A DNA stretch of 63,815 bases, the filler included, from Thraustochytrium aureum (Eukaryota): NCBI GenBank assembly GCA_012862495.1. It is 6 parts of 5 records of this genome, joined end to end, with 100 filler letters (N's around TTAATTAATTAA, not from the genome) between each part and the next. Parts side by side here need not be neighbours in the genome. Positions count along the whole stretch, not along the records: positions 34,278 to 59,947 come from BLSG01000238.1; positions 60,048 to 62,093 come from BLSG01000239.1; 4 more parts are not named here. One strand, 5' to 3'. Positions 47,927 to 60,857 of the stretch are shown here, piece by piece (position 1 is the stretch's first letter; each line of letters starts with the position of its first letter). A program made the position numbers and the translations under genes. The notes under the pieces were generated by a model. That model ran no database searches, had not been told where the DNA came from, and saw only the letters and a program-made list of their open reading frames with translations.

Positions 47927-50900
47927 CTATCCAAAAACCTTGAGGTTGCTCAGCGAGCCGTCCGAGTGCCCCAGAACAAATACATAGCGGTCCGCGAACG
48001 CGCCGAGCGAGCGCACCGGGCTGGACACCGCGAGCGACTCGCAAACGAGCTCGAGCGAGAACGAGTCAAACACCGAGACGATGTTGTTCTTGCTTGCGCA
48101 AGCGACAAGCGCGCCGTCGAACGAGAAAGAAAAGGCGTAAAGCGGCGCGCTGCAGCGACGCGAAGCCACCCCACGTCCGTTGACGGTGAACGAGGCAAGC
48201 GTGAGGGCGTCCTCGCTCCACACCAGGACGAGCGGGAACGCGCGAGGCGCGATCCCAGTCCACATCCACCCGACAGACAAGCTCGAGGCGAATCCGGCCC
48301 CGAAACCGACCGGCGGCGCGGACAACCCGCTGGCGAGCGATATAGATCGCAAGTAAGTGCCCGTGTCCAGCGTGTGGATGATGCACGTTGCGTCGAGGCT
48401 CGCGGACACGACGAGGTCGAGGCCCGACCGCACGGCCACGCTCGTTACCACGTCGTCGTGGCCAAGGAGGACGTTCTCTAGCCGTAGTTGCTGCTGCGCG
48501 TCACTTGGATCGCCTCCGTGCGACCCCAGCCCGCCCGGTGCTGCGCGCCACACGCAGACACAGCCAGTCCAACGCCCCGGTAACAACGTAGGCCCCATCC
48601 TCCGACACCGCGACACAGGTAGTCACATCGCTGTGGTCGCTGTACACCCCTCCGAGCCGCGGCTTGCGGAATCGCCGCGCCACCCTGCCGCTCGTGCCGA
48701 GCTCGTTAGCCTGGGCCGCGACACTGCCTTGAAAGGCGGCTTCCAGCTCGCAAGTGTCCGGGGAAAGCAGCGCCTTGCTGTCAAGCTCAATGTGACAAGC
48801 CCGAAGCGAGGCGTCCCACGCCCCGGTGGCGTATATCGTCAAAATGTCTCGGCCCTCGCACGCGGCCACGCCCGAGCGCGGTACCAATGCGCCTGGCAGG
48901 CGATCGAGTACACCCTGGCGCCCTCCGATATCCACAACCTCTGCCGTGCTGTCAAACCGGCAAGCAAACATGTGAGGGCCGATGCCTTCGTGGAAAGCAA
49001 ACGGCGCCCCCACCTCGCCAACGTCCTGGTATATCACCGCCACAATATCGGCACGCCTTTCGTGGTACATGTGCACAAGCCGAAGCATGCGGTCCTCGGA
49101 CAAGACCAAGAAACTCGCCACAAAGCTGGCGCCGATCGCGTCCACATCGCTCGACCCCGAGCCGGCTCGGTTTTGCCGCGAAAATGGGTTGCGCCCAGAC
49201 AGCCCGTGCAAAAGTGACGAATGAGGGTCGCTGTTGAGAACGAGATTCGGAGAGATCCAAACAACCGCGGACCCACCCCCGCCAGTCGCGGCGCCTCGCC
49301 CTGCGCAGCCGCGAAGCTCGTGCAGGACAGGGCGGACGCGACTCCGTTGGTACTGAACACAGATCTGCGTTGGATCGCACAGCGCCGAGAAGCGGATTGC
49401 GCGAGCCCGCATCGCGCGGGTTCCGGCTGCCCGAGCAGGGTGGGGCTTGGTAAAGAGCACAGGCGGGCTCTGCCCGTACTCCTCGATCATGCGCAAAACC
49501 GTCCTGTGCAGGTCGGGGCGCTCGCGCTCAAGGTAATCAAGGTCCACGGCCCCCTCGTACATGAGGTGAAAGTAAACATTGAGCGCCTCCTCGGCCCCAG
49601 CTCCGCGCTGCTTGCACCCAAAGGTCAGATCGATCCAGTGGTGGAGCATTGAACTCACGGCTGGGGACTCGAGAGCCTCGCGGTGCTGGCGGATAAAAGC
49701 CTCCGGGCTTGCCCCGGCCCAAGGCGGAAGTACGACGTCGTCCAGCAACGTGCCGTCCTGCTTCCTGCCCAGGTCAAACTCGNNNNNNNNNNNNNNNNNN
49801 NNNNNNNNNNNNNNNNNNNNNNNNNNNNNNNNNNNNNNNNNNNNNNNNNNNNNNNNNNNNNNNNNNNNNNNNNNNNNNNNNNNNNNNNNNNNNNNNNNNN
49901 NNNNNNNNNNNNNNCAAACTCGCAGCTGTTGCGCAGGAACTCTGCGCTGCAAAAGAACTCGGGGATCAGCTCGCGCGGGCTCAGGGCGGTCGCAAACTGG
50001 TACGCCCCCGCGATCGAGTGGAACTGCCGGTCGGCGTGGTCGAATCGATCGCCCTGCAGCTCAATGTGAAGGCTCGTAAACGGCTCCATCCGCAGCAAGT
50101 ACCAGAGCACGATGGCTCGCGAGGAGTAAAAGCTGCCAAAGTGCCACGGTGGCCCCATCAGCACGTTGGCTTCCCCGTGCCGCTCCGCCAGCTCGTCCCT
50201 CTTGGAAGCACCGAGAGGCCAGCGCAAAAAAAACTGGAACCGCCGCCCCCGCTCCCGCCGCCATCGCGGCCGCCGCCCCCCTGCGTATCGCCACCAGCGT
50301 TTGCGCCCGCGCCCCAGCCAAGTATTCCTCCGCCAAGGGCGCCGTCGCCCTGAGCTGCCTCGTGATTCCTCCGCGTCTCGCGAAAGCGCTCTCGGAGCTC
50401 CTCTTGCCGCCCCAGCGCCTGCGCCCCGATCGGGAAGCGAAGATCACGATACACGCCTGCGTCGTCCAGGTCGAGCGTCTCGCTCGCAAAGTCGCAAACC
50501 ACCCAAGGCATGACCGGGTACTGGGCGAGGTCATTGTACGAGCGCCCAGCAAAGTCGTTCAGACACATGAGGTACTCAAAGTTGGACAACGCGCCTTGCA
50601 TCCATGCCTCCGTGGCCCCGCTCTTGCGCGCTCGGTCCAAGGGTGTTAGCGACGCGTCGTCTTGTCCGATTGCGCGGCTGATGGCCTTGAGCACGGCTTC
50701 GCAGAGCGCCTCGGACGGCAAGTCGAACAAATACGACTTGCGCTCCGCAAGGCCCGTGAAGACCTCCACCGCTGTCCACTTCATGTTGAACCTGCGTCGC
50801 TGGACGCGTCTAACAGTGCTGAGCTGCCACTTCTTCCCTATCCCGAGGGTCCCGTCGACTCGGTGCTGCGAGGACTGGCGTAGGAATTTCACCTGCTCGC

Positions 50901-53900
50901 GGCTCACCTCGAGCGTTCCAACTGCGTTTTCCGTGCCGCTCACCATGACCGCCTCGCAGCGAACGACCGAGTCAGGGACACTGCTGGCGTTCTGGTTGTG
51001 CTGCTCGACTAGGGCCTCCACTTGCTGCTGAACCAGAACAGCCTGGTGGCTGGGCGACCGCTTCCGGCCCCGAGACCCCGGCGTCGGTCCAGCCCGGTGC
51101 CGGGGCTCGGTCTCGCGCTGGATCCAGACAGCGCCTGCCCGCGACTCGATGCCGTCTGGTGCTCCACTGCGCCCACCTTCTGCACAAAGTTGCTTCCCAA
51201 AGCGCGCGCAAGAGTAAGCTCGCGGTAGAGGTTGAGCTGCCGCGCCCCGTCCACCGCGTCTGGGATTTCAAGCTCCGAAGGGACAGCCAGCGCGCTTCCG
51301 TGCTTCTGCCGCCCAGGCCCGTTGCGCCGCGTTGCGCCACGTCGCTGCGCATATTCATAGAGGCAGATCGGTGGTCGTCACCATTGGGATTTGGTCGAAT
51401 GCGCAGCCGCGCCCGGGTCCTCCCGCTCTCGCACACGTCAAGCTTCCAAAACCTCGAGTCGGCGCTTTTGCCTTCGCCCCAGGTCCCCCTCTCGTGCGTG
51501 ACCTGCTTCAACACCGACGCCCAGCGCGCAGCTGCAATGCCGTCCGCGATGCTCCGCACCCGGGCAATTTCAACGCGATCCGCATTCTCGCGTTCCCACA
51601 GCGCTTGCATGCTTAGGCTGATACTTTGCGCCCAGAACAGATGTGCGGCGTCGTTGCCATGAGTCCTGGTTCGCGATCCGTCAGACGCGAACGAGCTCGT
51701 GGAAATGCCGCGATCCAGGGCGCGAATTGCGGATGTCCCCTCTTCGCTGGCGCTTGGGCTCGAGAGCCTGTTATACCGTGTACCGCCCTCTGCGCGTTCT
51801 GCGTTCCCTGGCGTAGATGGGTGCGGCGCTGTGTTTCCCGACCTGGCCGCCTTGGGCGACCCTGTCCGGTGGGCCCCCCTATCCGCGCTTTGGACGGCTT
51901 GCAAAGCGCCGCGGAGCGCGTCTGCCATTTGGCGCTGCCGAGGTTCGCTCGCCACACCAGCAGCCGCGACGAGGTCTTCCAGTTGCATTGCGAGAGAAGG
52001 GAGCTGCTTTGCCTGCAGCGCGCCTGCGTTGACGAGCAAAAGCAGTTTTGTACATAGGTACTCGACTTGAACGCCGCCCAGCGCCACGTCTTGCGCGTCA
52101 AATGCGGGCGCAGCGCCTTCCTCCTGCACGACAAGGGAGCGAAGACTCGAAAGCGCAAGGCTGCCAAGTGACCGAGCCAGCTCACGACGCAAACTGCACG
52201 ACTTGCAGCTGCATCCGAGCGGGTCTTTGCCCCCTGGCGAAAGCGGCGAGACGCCGAGGCTCTCGAGCATCTCGATGTACGCGTCGATTGCGAACAGCCA
52301 TGGAATGCTCTTGGCGAGACCCGAACGACGGGGCGACGGCGGCTGCGCGGAGACTGGAATACCGCCGCCGTCCTGCCCCCCGCCCTGCTTGTTCGCCGAG
52401 GCGCCAGCTTCGGCGTCAGTTTGCGAAGCCGGCGCCAACAGGGCTGCCAGATCGATTCGCTCTGCGCCGTGACCCTCCAAGAGCTGTGCATGCTTGCTGA
52501 ATTCGCTCACGAAAGGACGCGCATCCTGAACCGTCGGCCTGCAAAAACGAGCAAGAACGCGGAGGAGCAGTCTAGCGGTCTCGTGCCCAACCGTGACGCG
52601 GTGCGCCTCTTGCAACGTGCCGACAGAATTTTTCGCCAATGCGATTAAGCGCGCAACGAGGACGGGTCCGAGCCATTCGTGAGAGTTCGAGGCGCGCATC
52701 ACCTCGTGCGTCCTCTCGATGGCAAGCGTGCTGCGCTTCGCCCCAGCACTGTGGCGATACTGGTCGGGGCGCTTGGCCGCATCCAGCGCAGCGCGAAATA
52801 CATCGTAAGCGTGCAGGTGGTCCAAAATTGCGCAATACTTGGCCGAGCAGGCGCACAAATCCGCAGAGCACATCGAATCGAAAAGGCTCGCTTGCCAACT
52901 AGGAACGCGCAAGATAGCGGGGCAGCACGCCTTCGGCTCAGCGCGAACCACCGCGACCAGCTTGTCGAGGCACCTGCGCTTCTCCGCCTTGCACGGCACG
53001 GCGCCCAACGGCCCTTGCAAAAGCGCCGTCAGAGCTGCTCCATTAAAAGCAAACGTCTCGCGCCCGCGCCAAGCCAAGCATAGGTTCATCGTCATCTCGA
53101 GCAAGCCAGCTTGATCCTCAGGCGACCAAATTACCATCTCGCACGACTCGCTCAGCACGAGCCCGATTGCCCACCAGAGCGACTCGTGCGGGACAACGAG
53201 CGCGTCGCGAGACAACACAACCCGAAACAGCTCGAGCGCCGCAACCACCGTGCGCGGCACGTCTGAGGCCAACAAAGTCAGGACGAGGTCCACAAACGTG
53301 TTCCGACGCGCCGTCGGACCCTCTTGCTGCCCGACAGCAGGCGACGAAGGGGCGCCCCAGGAAATGGCTCCCATCGAAGCAGACTCTTCAAACCCAGCCA
53401 GAGACGAAATCGACCCTCGCGACTCAGAGCGACTCAGCTCGCCCAAGCCCACGGGGCTGGCAGCCGAGTCTGTTGCTACGACCGAGCCCGAGTCGCTTAG
53501 ACGGTCCATCGTGTCGGAGGAGCGTGATCCCAGGTTTGCTGGGACCGACGGCGCGCTCCCACCCCACCAAAAAGGAAATGGGCCGGGCGCCGGCTCGAGA
53601 TCGAAGGCAGACACGATGCTGGTTGGCTCGACGCGCGCGAGCTGCGAGACGAGCGCGATAACTCGCGGCGCAAGTTCTGCGCTGTCCATGTCGACCAGCG
53701 TCAGGGCGACGCGAACCGCATCCACCTCGTCCTCCATCAGGCGGTGGCCCTTCAAACTGCGCACGACGGACTCGAGCGTCCACAGCGCCGCAGCGGCTGC
53801 CTTGTGGAGTCCGAACGGAACAGCCCAACTCTGTTGCAGTGCTGAGCGCGCAAGCCTGAGCTGCATCCGACCCATGCGCGACCTGCCACCGTCTAGAGAC

Positions 53901-56900
53901 GGCGAGCAAGCCCACATCGGCGAGTCGAACGAGGAGCGGTGCGACGACGCGTCCTTCGCGGACAAGCTCCGGCCAAACATCTCATTCACGAGTGTTGGAA
54001 CGCCTACAACCTTCCGGACGCGAGCGGGTTGCCCGCACAGCGAGCAGACACTGGCCATCACTTCACTGCCGAGGTCGCGGTCCGCGCCCGTGCCCTGCTT
54101 GGTCCAGATCTCGAGGTTCAACAGTATGTCGCGGATGGCCTGTTGGAACAAGAGCCAGTCCGAGTCCAGATTCTTGACAAAGCAAAGGGCCCCTTGCAGC
54201 GTCTCCGCGTCGACGGTTGCAGGGGAAAGGCGGCCGAGAAGGTAGGCGACGACAGATATCCCATCGCAGATGAAACGCCGCGACCTGTGCAGGGCCTTTC
54301 CAGTACTCAATAGCTTGCCGAGCAAGAACAGCGCCCCGCCGCTGAGCTCTCCGCTGCCCTCGAGGGCCAAGATGGGAAGGACGGCGTTGATGCCGCCTAT
54401 TGCGAGCATACCCTTTCGCGCTCCCTTTCCCCACACGGCGCGCGCACCGTTTCGCGAGGTATTCCTCGCGAAAGGGCGCAAGCCGCGGAACTCGGCCTTC
54501 GGCGAAGGGCTCGTGTCGAGAAAGGCCCCAGGAAAGCTGGCCATCGCGCTCTCATTCAGGCGGAGGACGAGCGCACCTTCGGCGACCTTGCTGCCCCGGT
54601 AAAGGGCGTCGATCTCCTTCGCGTCGAGCGCTGCAGACCAAAACTGCAAGCTTCGCATCGCCCCGTAAAACAGTTTGCTGAGCTCGCGGCCCGCCCCAAT
54701 GGTCCAGGAGGCGAGAGGACTGCTGGCGCGGCGACGAAAGGGAAATGGAACGTTGCGCTGCACCGCGAGACGGCCGTTAACAAACAGCTGTGCGGTTTCC
54801 GCGACCGTGGAGGTGAACAGGAATCCGCTGGCCTTGATTCGTTGGCAAACGAGCGCAACGTGGACCCACTCGCCGGCTTGCAATGCCGGAGCTGCCGCTA
54901 TCTGCTCGGTGAGCCCGCGAACGCTCAAGTAGGCGCAAAGCTTGCCCTCCTTGACGGAGAGCGAGACGGTTGAGCGTTCCTCCTCGTCCGACATCTCAAA
55001 GACAGCGTTTTCTTTGTCCAGACGCATTGGGCGCAGCCAGACTGCAAAGGAGAGGCAATCCGAAGACGGCCATCGAACGCCTAGGTGGCTTTGCTGTGGT
55101 CTCAAGTCCTGGCCGAGCTTGCGTGTGGCGATCGAATCGCCCACAGTGCCCGAGTGAAGCGCCACACTCATCCCGGAGCTCGAGCCGTCGAAGAAGATGT
55201 ACGAGGCGTCTTCTTCGAGGATCGACGTGAGGGATTTCACGAGCTGCGCGACCAGTCTGGTCTCTTGCATCTCCGAGAGCTCCCAAATTTTGCGGAAGAC
55301 GCGTTTGAGGTACCGTACGGACAAGTGCGCCTGGCCGAGCGCAACAAATATCGCGAGGGCGGCCCGCTGCGCCTCGCTGCTGAGCAGCTCGAGGCGCTCG
55401 AGGACCTGCAGCACGATTGACTGTTGCGTCTGGCAAAACGCAGTCGCGTTAACCCGCCCCTCCTCGACTTGGATTGCGAGCCCGATTCGGCCCTGCGCAC
55501 TTTTTGTGGCGCTCGAGGGGTCGCCTGCTTTTGTCGTTGAGCTGGATTTGCCGCGCGGCTCCTCGATCTGCATCTCGCTTGTCACGAGCCATTTTATGGC
55601 CATTAGCACGTGCTCGTGCAGATCGCGGTCGCGCAGCGGCACTTCGGTCATGAAAACCAGAATCGCGTCCAGCGCGTCGGGGTGGTCTGCGATTTTCGAC
55701 GCGCACCGGTCGACCGGTTGGTCCTCCACGTACGCTGACACAAAGCCGGCCGCTTCAGAGTATAGGAAGAGTCGCCTTCCGTCAAAGAGCATTGCAAAAA
55801 GTTCGCATAAGGTGTTCGTTCGCTCGGCCCGAGACGACGAGCACGACGAGAGGACGGAGCCCATTTCACAAAACATGTTGGTGCGTCGCGCAAGGCACTT
55901 GAGCTCGTCGCAGCGAGCGAACATGCTCGTAAACGTGCGAATGACCTCGAGCGCTGTGCTGTGCCTCCGGTGCCTCTCTGAATAGGCATCAACAAAGAAC
56001 AGGATTTCTGTCGACAGGCCAGCTTCCTGCCACAAATACCGCAGAGCCGCGACGTCTTCGATCTGCGCCAGCGCCCTCAAGAATACCGAGCAGCCCCCGA
56101 CTGGTTGCGCGCGGACCTCTAGGGCGGCCGAGGCAGACCTTGAGCCGCCTTGCGCGTGCTCGCCACCTGGCGTGGGAGGGTCACCAGATCGCGGCCCCTC
56201 ACTTGGCTCGTGAGCCCCGAATCGGTTCCCTAGCGCACTGCGCACGGCGGAAAAGAAGGCCGCCGAGACGGCCCTATTTCCAGTCCCAAGCACTAGAAGG
56301 CGGCAGAGAATCGTCGTCACTATGGCAGCACCGGCCTCCTTGTCTTGGAGATAGCCAATGCGGCAGAGCGTTTCAAACACCATTTCCGGGGCTGGCCAAT
56401 CGATGGGGCTTCCCGGGGCCACGCTTACGAGGATCGCGAGCAGAACATCGAACATGGCGTCGATCTGCGGCGACGCGATGCCGCTGCTCGCGAGAGTCGT
56501 GACAGCCTCGACGAGCCCGGCGCCGTGCCCGAGATGGGGCGGCTCGTCCATGAGCAGTTTGCGGAGCACCGACACCGCAGCGTCTCGATGCTCTGAGGCC
56601 GGCAGCAAGCAAGACGCGCAAAACAGCTTGAGACGGGTCTCTGGGCGTACCAAGCCTGCCCAGTCTTGGCAAACGCGCGCAGACTCGGCGCACGGCACGT
56701 CGAGAACAAAACGCGGCGACCGCTCGAACGCCGCGTCCGATCCTGCGCGAGCGCTTGAAGAAGGGCAACTAGGGCTCGCTTGTGAGCGACCGGCGCGCCT
56801 TGCGCGCCAGCGACGAGCTGAAGGCAGGCGGCGGCCCGGGGGGCGCAGCTACACTCCTCTAGGTATAGCTGCAAGTATGCCACAAAGTTGGCGGCGGTGG

Positions 56901-58040
56901 GCTCGAGGACCTCCGCTGGCGAATCGCCGCGTTGCTCCACCGCGATCTGGCCGCCACCCGCTCGCTCGGCTTCCTGGTCAAATAGTGCACAGACCAACTT
57001 GCACAACTCCGCAGCGCCTTGCTCTTGGAAGACCCGCATATGGGTGGAGTGTGCCTTGCAAAGGACGAATATTGCAAGACACGTACGCAACAGGCTCAGG
57101 GACGGCGCTTCCAGAGCGAGGTCCGCGACGAGTTTTGCTCCGTCTGTATCGACGCAGAACCAGCGCAGCGCGGCCTCGTGGCCGCGAAACTCCAACACGT
57201 GAAAAAGCGCCGCGCCGAGTCCAAAAGCAAGCCGCGAAACGGCGCCCGTAGTTATGCGGTCTGCGGTGGCGTCCTCTGGGGACCACGTTCGCACGAAAGT
57301 TGAGACTCGAAGACAGTCCGTGAGAGCGGGCAAGAACTTGCGCCACAGGGTCGCAAAGTGCGGCATGTCAGGAGAGAGTCGAGCTTGCGGCCAAGCCCTG
57401 CCCCGTAGCTCCTCGTCCCAGTCTTGTGCGAAGCAGCACCTCGTCGTCAACGAGCAGGTGAGCTCGATGACGCGCGTGGCCTGCAGGGCTCCGCGCGAGT
57501 TTGACGGCGCTCTCTCAAGAGCGCGCGCCTGGTCGTGCAGCACCCCAGAGCACGACTCCAACAGCGTCATGTACAATGATTGTGGGCAGCGAGTTGACAG
57601 CCCAGCAACAAGCGCTTCGCAGGCGAAGCAAACCGCTGCTACGTCATCCGTCTTGCGCGTTGCATTAAGAAGGGCTATGGCCTGCTGGAGCAGCGCCGAG
57701 ACCCCTGCTGGCGAGTCAAAGTTGTGTCTGGCTTTCGCAAGCAGTCCTTCGAGCGGCTCCCCGTTCTTGGCTGCTTCGATGAGGTTGGACGCCGTCGTGG
57801 CGGCGAGCTGCTTTACGTAGGATATTTGCCCACTGAGGCCCGCTTCGGAGAGAATTCCGCTCGCGTCCGACTGTGCCGACGAGGACCGCGCGTTGTTGAG
57901 GCTTTTTCGTCGATCTGCCTCCCATTCCCGCGGTTGCCGCCCGCGCCGTCCTCCCCTGAACGCGACCCTCGCGGCTTCCCGCCAAGCGACTGCCTTGCGC
58001 TGCCGGCCTCTCCCTCGCCCTTGCTTTTGGCGCTGCCCAT
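47927..58040 (-). CDS. BEACH-domain protein (neurobeachin/LvsC-like): ARM-like region, ConA/LamG-like domain, PH, BEACH, WD40; about 6 frameshifts and one false gap
   Basis: ConA-like LSFAVWL..GEWVHVALV..LFVNGRL..FYGAMRSLQFWSAAL and GGINAVLP. Pre-PH ERGTW..FWKLD. PH RRFNMKWTAVEVF. BEACH WMQGALSNFEYLMCLNDFAGRSYNDLAQYPVMPWV, YLLRMEPF, FDHADRQF, RELIPEFF, DDVVLPPWA, HREALES, LHHWIDLTFG, YGQSP. WD40 GAWDASL, HSDVTTCVAVS, GHDDVVTSV. Start codon uncertain (ATG 58040 preferred). Confidence 0.93.
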
Positions 58041-58522
58041 CACGAAGCCGCCGCGGCCTCGTTGGCAGCTCCCGAGTCCTGCTTGATGAGATCGAGTTTT
58101 GGAAGAGAGCAACCACAACGAAAAAAGCGCAGGAAGAGCCGGCCTGCGACATTGGGAGCAAGGCGGCCGGCCAGCTCGGGCCGCTGCTTCATGACCGCTC
58201 CGGAAAAGGGCTAGGTGGCCTCAACCCTCTTGCCAACCTCGGCGCCTGCTCGCGCTGGGCGCCACGAGCAGCGATATTGGACAAGGCTCTTCTACTAGTA
58301 GAGTGACCTCGTCTGGGTCGGGCTCTTGCTCACCCAAAAACAAGGCCCGCGCGGAAGGCGCGTCGCGGACGACCAAAAGCGCCGCGCGGCAGCCCGCGAG
58401 GGCGCTCGCTTTATCCACGACGCTCCGTCCAAGTGCTGCTAACGCTCGCGGATGGCTGGGCTTCTGAATTCTGCACTTGCTTTCAGCTTGTTCTACATTT
58501 ACTACCGAGTGGCGGGCGGTGT

Positions 58523-59947
58523 CTACCAGATCCCGTTCACACAGCGCTGGTACCGGTCATAGCAACGCGTCGTGAGGTTGCCGAGGCTGTAATCGATGAT
58601 GTCGTTGATGTGGACGCGAAGCTTGCGCGTCGTGAGTCTGCAAGGGACGCGAAAGACGCTGGGTCAGCACGGGCCGAGACACGATAAAAAAGGACTGCCA
58701 AGGCGGAGAAACCCCAGGCCAGCCCACCCCAGGCCAGCCCGCCCCAGCCCAGCCCAGCCCACCCGCTCGAGCCCAACTAAGGCTAGCCTGGCGAAGAACA
58801 GCAACAACAACTTACCCGACGGAAAACCGCGCGCGGAACTCGTCAATTACCCATCGCCGGCCGCCTGCAAAGCACTCGGAAGAAGACTCGTCCACAGACA
58901 TGAGCTCGGCAAGCAAAATGAGCTCCCGGTGGTGCTTGTTGGCTGCGATGTACGCCTTTTCCATGAGGCGGCGGAACTTTTGAAAGGTGGGCGAGTAGGC
59001 GCCGTCAAGGATGCTGACCATGTCGCGCGTGAGTTTGAACGGCGACCGCTCGAGCTTGTGCGAGTACCCGAGCATAAAGCCAAAGTCAATGTGGAGCAAG
59101 TGGCCCTCAGTGTCGATGCTGAGGCTCCCAGTTAGCATATTTACGCCGTTGCTCGGCAAGCGCGCGCCCTCAAACAACACTTACAGAATATTGCCGTTGT
59201 GCCGGTCGTGGAGCTTGAGCAGGTATGCGATCATCGAGTAGCCCGCGAGCGACTGCATAAAGTTGCGCTGGGCGCGCTTGTAGGTGCGCGAACCCTTCGG
59301 GCCGTGCTTGTCGAGAAAGTACTGGTCGATACCCTCATACCCACCGCGCTCCTTGATTCGCGCAATCGAGTCCGAATTCCGCGCCGGCTCGAGCAGGCCG
59401 GCGCTGCGCCCGGTCGCAATCACCTTGTACGGGCTGAGCCACACGTTAACGCCCTCCTCGAGAAAAATCTTTTGAAAGGTGCTAACGAAGAGCACCCCGA
59501 GCTGCTGCTGGCGGAGGTCGTCCCCTGCTTTAACAAACATTGAGGCAAGTTGCCAGCGCGGGCGAGACCCAAACGAGGACTCTCGCCTGACCCGCTCTTG
59601 CATGTCTTCCCATTTCTCCTGGGCCAGCTTCTTGAAAGCCCTGTTCCCTTGGGGATGCCCAGCCCCGTGGCCACCTTCGGCGTCGGTTTCGTCCAAGTCG
59701 TCCATTCCAGCCAGCTCTTGGATGGTGGCGGCCGTCGCGTCACTCGCCGTCCTCTCCTTCCAGCGCTTGATCTCGCCGACAGGGTTCTTCCAAAAGTCCT
59801 TGGTCGAGACCATTTCGAGCGCCTCCAGCGCGGCTTTGCGCGGGGAGCGCCGCTCTGCGCTGCTCCGCGCCGCGCCTTCGTCTGCGCCGGCACCCGAGAC
59901 GGGCTCAACCTCTGCGACGAGCAGGAAAGGCATTTGCGTGCCGTGTT
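58523..59947 (-). CDS. PI4KB: Phosphatidylinositol 4-kinase type III beta (PIK1-like), 5' partial; exons 59947-59185, 59118-58816, 58637-58523
   Basis: VKAGDDLRQQQL, NFMQSLAGYS, YLLKLHDRHNGNIL|IDTEGHLLHIDFGFML and ERSPFKLT. Splicing restores the typical C-terminus LTTRCYDRYQRCVNGIW*. Confidence 0.95.
58638..58815 (-). other. Spliceosomal GT-AG intron (178 bp) in PI4K
   Basis: GTAAGT donor, GCTGAC branch-like site and TTGCAG acceptor. Removal gives FSVG-LTTRKLRVH in frame. Confidence 0.92.
59119..59184 (-). other. Spliceosomal GT-AG intron (66 bp) in PI4K
   Basis: GTAAGT donor, GCTAAC branch site and CTCAG acceptor. Removal restores DRHNGNILIDTEGH and eliminates an in-frame TAA. Confidence 0.95.
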
Positions 59948-59991
59948 NNNNNNNNNNNNNNNNNNNNNNNNNNNNNNNNNNNNNNNNNNNN

Positions 59992-60003
59992 TTAATTAAT
60001 TAA
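59992..60003. other. Artificial scaffold linker TTAATTAATTAA
   Basis: Same 44N-12-44N structure. Confidence 0.97.
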
Positions 60004-60224
60004 NNNNNNNNNNNNNNNNNNNNNNNNNNNNNNNNNNNNNNNNNNNNCATCCTCGGCCGGTGAGCTGACCACGCCGGCAGACCCCGAACGCAGCGAGAAG
60101 AGCGCACGCGGTACGCAACAGCAAAAGCGTCGCGGTTGTACGGAGAGCAGCGGCGCGCTGGACGCGAAAGGAAGGGAAGAAGCACGAGCCGAGGTGGCCG
60201 TGTGAGCGAGGGAAGGAGGGGGAA

Positions 60225-60857
60225 ATGTTCAACCTGACGTCGGTCGGGCTTGGGTCGCTCAACACCAACATCGCAGAGCAGCTCGCCTTCTATGGCGCGT
60301 ACCACACGAACGGGTGGAACCAGCTGATCCATGTGGTGTGCGTGCCGCTGATCTGGGCGACGGCGATCCTGTGGACCGCGTACACGCCAAAGTTTTGCAG
60401 TTTCGTGCCGTACTGGTGCAACTTTAGCTTGCTGGCATACCTGGCTTACGCGGCCTTCTACCTGGCGCTCGACTTCCAGACGGGGCTGATCGTCGACGCC
60501 TTTTACCTCGTCGTGTTCATGATCGTCAACAACATCGTGCACAAGGAGAAGCAGGCCGCGCTTCTGGGGAACAAGGCTGGCTCGCAGGCCAAGCCGGCCG
60601 GGAACGGCCGCCCCTCTTACCGCGCCGCCAAGTGGGCGCTCGCGGTGCACGTCTTCTGCTGGTGGGCTCAGATCCACCCCGGCCACGCCATCCTTGAGGG
60701 CACCAAGCCGGCGCTGCTCGACTCGCTCTCGCAGGCGCTGACCCTCGCGCCACTCTTCGTGTGGTATGAGGCGATTTGGTACTTTTATCCCGAGTACCAG
60801 GCCGACTTTCGCCACGACATGGAGCGCCGCATCACGGAGATCAAGGCGAGTTGGTAG
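60225..60857 (+). CDS. MPO1: Mpo1-like (DUF962) ER membrane dioxygenase, 2-hydroxy fatty acid alpha-oxidation family
   Basis: QLAFYGAYHTNGWNQLIHVVCVPLI and WWAQIHPGHAILEGTKPALLDSLSQAL..APLFVWYE. Intact 210-aa ORF. Confidence 0.92.
   Translation: MFNLTSVGLGSLNTNIAEQLAFYGAYHTNGWNQLIHVVCVPLIWATAILWTAYTPKFCSFVPYWCNFSLLAYLAYAAFYLALDFQTGLIVDAFYLVVFMIVNNIVHKEKQAALLGNKAGSQAKPAGNGRPSYRAAKWALAVHVFCWWAQIHPGHAILEGTKPALLDSLSQALTLAPLFVWYEAIWYFYPEYQADFRHDMERRITEIKASW

Noticed and set aside
44913..48481. 1000-aa ORFs spanning the methyltransferase region
   Set aside because: Their length consists mostly of N runs. Only 45791-46907 is real sequence between the gaps.
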